DNA of 64,000 nt from Pocillopora damicornis (Eukaryota): NCBI RefSeq assembly GCF_003704095.1, contig NW_020846229.1, positions 124,001 through 188,000 of the forward strand, in the 5' to 3' direction. Below the pieces are notes generated by a model. The model saw only the letters and a program-made list of their open reading frames with translations, ran no database searches and was not told the DNA's origin. Shown in pieces: positions 58,561 through 64,000 of the stretch; within the stretch, counting starts at the first letter, position 1, and each line of letters begins with the position of its first letter. Made by a program: the position numbers and the translations under genes.

Positions 58561-61500
58561 TAAAACCCTCCTTTTTTGATAGCGACACGCAAATACGCGT
58601 GATGTTGTTCTCATTTCGTCCTCAAAATTGTCATTGGATTGCCCATATGACTGTTTTGTTATCTATATTGCGTCAAGTATGGTCATTACTCGGGTTATTC
58701 GGGAGATCATCTATGTTAGGGTTTCGTGCCTCCTTTCTCGTGCCCAGAGCCCATCGATTCCCTTTACGTGAGGGGCCTTAATACAATCTAGTCAAGGCCT
58801 TGTCGGCTAAGAGAATTGATAGGCTCTTGGGACGAGGATGTGTCCATTAGCGGTGAACACAGGCTCTACATAGACTTTTCTTAGGGACGGCGCATGGCTT
58901 TGTTATAGGCAACCTCCATCCGTGTGTTGTACGCTCTGGAACTATTTTGCTAATAATCTATTCAATCAAGCAGTCACGTTTGTTAATTGCTGTTTTTTTT
59001 TTACCTTTGTAAAACAGAACCTTCTTTTTAAAGTCTTTAATTAGCAAAATACATGTAATTAGAAATGCTCCAACCTAAAAATCCTTTCAGTATTTTTCCT
59101 ATTAAGCTAGATATGACTATTGTTTTCATAGTTTTTGAGCCTTCTGCGTGAACATTTTTTATTGAGCCAACTGGGAGTCTCGCAATCGATGGGACTTAAG
59201 GAGATAAAAATTCAGAAATTCAGAGGAAGGGGGAGGGAGTAGAAAAAGGAAAATCCCCCCCATCCTCACCACTGCTCTTTATGTGCTGGCTCCCTTCCGT
59301 CCCATGTTCTCACGCTTTGCACAGACTTTATGCGCAGGGCGGAATGAAAACTTAGAAGAATGATGGACATGCTGTTTGCGTTCATGATAAATAACTTTGA
59401 GGAAAAGTTGAGGAATACTCGAGAGAATTCCAACTCCGAAATTAAGCCAGTGGAGGCGGTATGAAAATTTTTTGAAAAAATGTTGTTGCCATGACGACAA
59501 CACCACATGCCCCCTTTTCCGCCCAATTCTTCCAAAACTTGATTAATACAAGATAACAAATCGAATTCGCCCTCACACAATTCAACTCGAGTAATTGTTT
59601 CAGCAGTGGGAGCATAAAGTCAACGTTGGATATCTTTAGACATAGTAAACAAGCGTACAAATGATGCAACAAAGAGCTTTTTTAAGGAGCTTTTAATGGT
59701 AATGTACAATTCCATTGTTACTAAAACAAACTACAACAGGCACTACGATAGCTTAACACATTTCCTCTCTTTAAGTGACCACTGTAACAGTACATACGTA
59801 ACATAAAACCTGACAATTAGCTGACTGATTGGCAGATTTTTTAAAGGTTTCCCTCTTTTTATCAGGAGTCTATCATGATACTACCCATTTACTTCGAAAC
59901 ACTTGAAAATTGTTTCCCTTTTTTTCTCGGCGTTATATTGCGTAAAAATTCAGTAAGATGTATGATCCTTGGATGTAAGTTAAAATAAACAATATTGACA
60001 GAATTACCTTAATGTTATTACGCTTCTGAATACCGTTACACTGTGTTGAATTAACTTTAAATGAGCCTTACTAGACCATGCATACTGACATCCGACAATG
60101 TGAAATATTCTCTTTTTTTTTAATCGTTTCCAGAGTTTCATTTTAATTAAAAGGCAAATATGGGAAAAAAGCATTTTGCAAGAAAAAAAAGTGAAAAAAA
60201 AAAAAAACCAACAACAACAACAAAAGCAAACACATGGCCTGTTCATTACATTAGCAAACTAAATAACAATTTCTTTGAACAAGCTCCATGGTCATCTCTT
60301 ACAGATTAACTTTAAAAGTCGTTTTAAACTCCTTTCTTGAGGAATGATGTAGGTTAATTTAAGACCCAGTTTTGACCAGTGTGCACTACGCGCGGCGTTT
60401 GCCATCGGTGGCCATTAAGTCGATGTGGTTCTTCCACAAGCTTTGGGAAAATATTGAAACCCTCGCTCTCGTGAAAACCATAACAAAAACAGAGGCGCGC
60501 AATGCATAATGGCCAACGCTGGTTATTTAATTATTCTACCAGCATCACCGATTGTAAATATCAAAACCTAGTGACGACAACATAGTGAACAATTAAACAA
60601 TAAAAGTGCAACGAGCATTAAAACAGTTTAAAAGCTAAAAAGTAAACAACAAACAATGAAGAAGAAAGACGATAGCAACTTTCAATTGAAAATACGTTAT
60701 TTTTGTCAATTCTAGAGATATCTCGAAAGCTTTAGGTTTCAAACTTTCGCAGCACAGACTCTGGGCATTATATAATGTTAAAACGCACCCCTAAGATAAA
60801 ACTATACTGCATAACTGTCGCATGCCTCGAAATGTCATTTTAAAAAGGCAAAAATCCACTTTTATAAAAATGCTCGAGTATATAACACGAGTCCCACTCT
60901 ATGAAAGGAAAGATTTGACATATCTCATCTGAGCTGCACTATTCACGCACGAGGCGTATGCACAATGCCACGTTTGCAGCAAACACGAACAGCAAAATTT
61001 ACCTATAAATTCCTTAAATTTCCTCATCCTTCTTAGTAGGTTTAACAGAAAACTACAAAAATATCTCCTTTAAGACAGATGCAGATACTACACATTATTG
61101 CTACAAAAGATTATTTTTACTCTTCTTTTGCGTAAACGTGGTTTGAGATCTCTCTTAATAACATTGCAAACAAAAACGGGGAATGTGCGTATTGTGCCTG
61201 ATGAGCGTGTAATAAAAACCACAAAGGCGGGCGCATAGACTACGTACAGATAGCGTGTGTAAGAGCACTGCGTGTAATGACCGAGTTCTAGTGAGTTCTT
61301 CCTCTTTTTTTGAGTTTAAAATAACGTGGCTTTCTTCAAGAAGAAAAAAGTTCCCCACTCTAAAAACGCATAAAAACGGAATTTTTTCCACGTATATTCA
61401 ACCTTAGTTGGAAATTTTAATTGGTTCGCTCACCAGAATTCTGATTTACCTGAACTACAAAAGCGCAGACAACATCAACCTTTGGTTTCCTCGATGACCG

Positions 61501-61637
61501 AAATTATTGTTCTTACAACCTCCAAAAACAGATAATTACTCCTTACCCTCGCCAAGGAGCACAGTTCAGCGTATTGCACTAAATTGTTTAAAACATACCA
61601 AGTGGTGGAAACATCAGAAAACTGTAGCATAACGTGT

Positions 61638-63125
61638 CTACTGTCCACTGCTCAGCCTTTTAGTAAACTTCTCTCGGAAACTTCGTCGCTTCTTCACTTT
61701 GTTCCCAGACTTCCTTCGCACAAGGCCCACCGGTTCTCGCTTTAACTCCACAATCACGGGACCAGTGCGCTCGCCACTTGCGTCCAGGCTATCTTGGGAG
61801 TCATCCAAGAACACCTTGACTTCCTGCGGTTCAAAGTGCCTCTCCTGTGCCTTTACATACGTCACCACTTCCTCCGTGACCTCTTGGCTCTCCTGATCAC
61901 TTGTGGGTAGGACTGGCGCAGACTGGTTCACTGAAACGACTTTGGTGGTGATAAACACTTCCTAATGAAAAACAGAAGAGGAGAAAGTCTCAAATATTTT
62001 GATTATAACTTTGGTCTATTTGTTAGTTTCGAAGCAGGCTTACCGCGGAGTAACAAAGGAACCCTGCTCATAGCTGAGTAAATGCGAACAATTGTACAGA
62101 TGTATTTTCATTTTAATTCAACTTCTACCTGCATAGCACTATAAAACTCTTTTAAAATGCGCTTCCCGCAGAAATTTCGTGAATGCAAAAACAACCAGTT
62201 ACCTCCTCGTCTTTGTTATCTTTCTCAGGTTGTCTGTCTTTAATAAGCACCGGCTCAGAGTTGTCCAGCTCCCGTTCTCTTTTGTACTCGGTGGCCTTCA
62301 CAGGTGAATTCAGCCACTTCAGGCGACTCCTGTGAAAGAAACCAGATTTGTTAAAACGGCTTAAAACCCATGACTAGCAACAGAAAACAAGAGTGTCAAA
62401 AATACCACGTGCAGGAAACGAAAACGAAAACGAAGTCATAGTTTAATTTAGACGGGCAGAGCGCTCAAAAAGTCAGCTCTAGACACTCAACTCAGTTGAT
62501 AAAATCAAATTATCTTGTAATACTCTCCACCGTAGCACCACAGTTTCTTCAGAAACTTGCCCCCTTTGTTCATTTGTGATAAGAACGAACCGAGCATTTC
62601 GTCTCTGGTTGTGTGGTGAATTAAAACACACTACCATTCTGCTCGATTAAACTTACTGCCGGCTTAACTGAAGTGAACAAAACTACTTCACTATTTTCGA
62701 CTTCGCGTCACAAAACCTGTCCCAAAGTTATCACATCGGCTTATTAGATGAAATGTAAATATCACAAGGAAGCAGAGAGCTGAAATTACATGAAAGTAAC
62801 AAGAACAGTTTCATATGTTGTTTTGCATTCGATTTTTAGCAGGTTATGCAAGTTTCTTACAACAATAGACAAGCATAGCAAAGTCGGAAAAACAAACGAA
62901 ATTCCGAAAACTATTGACACAGTGAACGTTTCTCCATTTCTTTAGCTACCTGTAGGTGTTTCCTCGTCCAAGGGAGGCTGTGCGGCGTACGTTAGCGTCA
63001 CGGTAGATTGTCATCTCCGTACGAGTTGTGGAAGTCTTAGCTGGTGTTGTCTCGCGTGATTTAGCTTCCTTTTCTTCTGATTTAAAGATCTCAGGGTTGC
63101 GGTAATTGTAACCAGTCTTGCAACC
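61638..63125 (-). CDS. ADD: Adducin (hts/ADD), last three coding exons; 5' part outside the window
   Basis: Exons 63125-62950 (GCKTGYNYRNP, cf. adducin GYRTGYPYR), 62329-62203 (RLKWLNSP, cf. RWLNS) and 61961-61638 ending in a basic MARCKS-like tail RRKSGNKVKKRRSFREKFTKRLSSGQ*. Phases are consistent. Confidence 0.8.
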
Positions 63126-64000
63126 CTACAGCCATGGATAAGAAAAGCCGCGTCGGTTAAAGTAAGATAATGAAATGTTCAGCATTTTAAGACTATACCA
63201 CCACACGTTTCGCTCAAATTTTCACACAAACAAAACAGGGCAGTTTTCTAGTAAAATGGTTTTGATTGAGCGTCGTAAAACAAAACTCACTGTCAACCAG
63301 AACAAGGGTTAACATCAAAACGAACCAATGAGAACTGGACGCAAATGCACAAAAACAGAATCAAGCGCGGGAAAACGCGGCTGGCAAGATTTCTAGACCA
63401 ATCGTAAAGCGAAGGAAAGCAGAACGAAAGTAATCCTTATTTAATTTTGACATTCACTTGAAAATTGCTTTGAAGCCAGTATCAATGAGATTCTGGAGAA
63501 ATTTTCCAGTGAGAGTCGAAAGTCATCTGAGATTGCATTGGTCTACTTCGCTCTGTGATTAGTTCGGAAAACTCGTACAACTCTCTTAACCAATCAGATG
63601 CAAAAATTTCATTCAGATTGACCGTTTTGAGTTTTACAACAGTAAATCGAAAAGCGATCTAATGGCCAATCGGGGCAAACGTAAATATTTCTTGGACTTT
63701 CAGGAAATGAAAGAAAACACAGGTGAGCAGCTACCTTCACACTGATTCAATAAGCTTCATTTCTTTAGAAACTCTCTCTTGTCAAAGCTGAATCCTTCAG
63801 GAAGTCTATCTCATTGACACATAACCTTCTAATTCCCGTTATCTAATTAGTAATTCTCCCTTACATTTTCTATTCTTTTGCTTGTAAGTACAGCAGTTAA
63901 AAGAGTATCTTAACTCCCTCTTCAGGATATAACAAAATTTCCGTGTTCACGAAGCTTTTTCTACCCTTAAGCCGTATTTCAAAGACCTAACTCAAAATAA

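Noticed and set aside
63730-63815. Possible further adducin exon with a donor-like end
   Set aside because: No open frame in the required phase and no similarity to the expected EFEALMR-type sequence.
1-64000. CRISPR arrays, rRNA, autonomous transposase or RT ORFs
   Set aside because: None seen; the DNA is eukaryotic and only short non-autonomous repeats are present.

Overview
Eukaryotic, AT-rich, intron-dense animal DNA; gene content and repeat families suggest a cnidarian, probably a scleractinian coral (inference). I reconstructed four spliced genes by hand. (1) A complete DOCK-A (DOCK1/2/5, CED-5/Mbc) Rac-GEF on the minus strand, 37405->331, with 59 coding exons, about 1786 aa and one U12-type intron. 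(2) A 3-exon aminergic-like class A GPCR (+, 49576-52966) lacking the canonical TM3-ECL2 disulfide. (3) A clear glass/che-1 orthologue (-, 57992->54551). (4) The 3' end of an adducin (-, 63125->61638). The most interesting element is a tandem pair of intronless paralogues (15257-15847, 17382-17999) nested antisense in one 5-kb DOCK intron. They encode ~200-aa, ~5-TM proteins with DxxxD and LExxPQ motifs reminiscent of half an XK/Xkr (CED-8) scramblase, and they share a conserved leader with an overlapping uORF. Introns also carry Penelope-type minimal hammerhead ribozymes, tRNA-derived SINEs, TTAA-flanked MITEs and palindromes. There are four assembly gaps. All coordinates were derived by eye; repeat boundaries are approximate.
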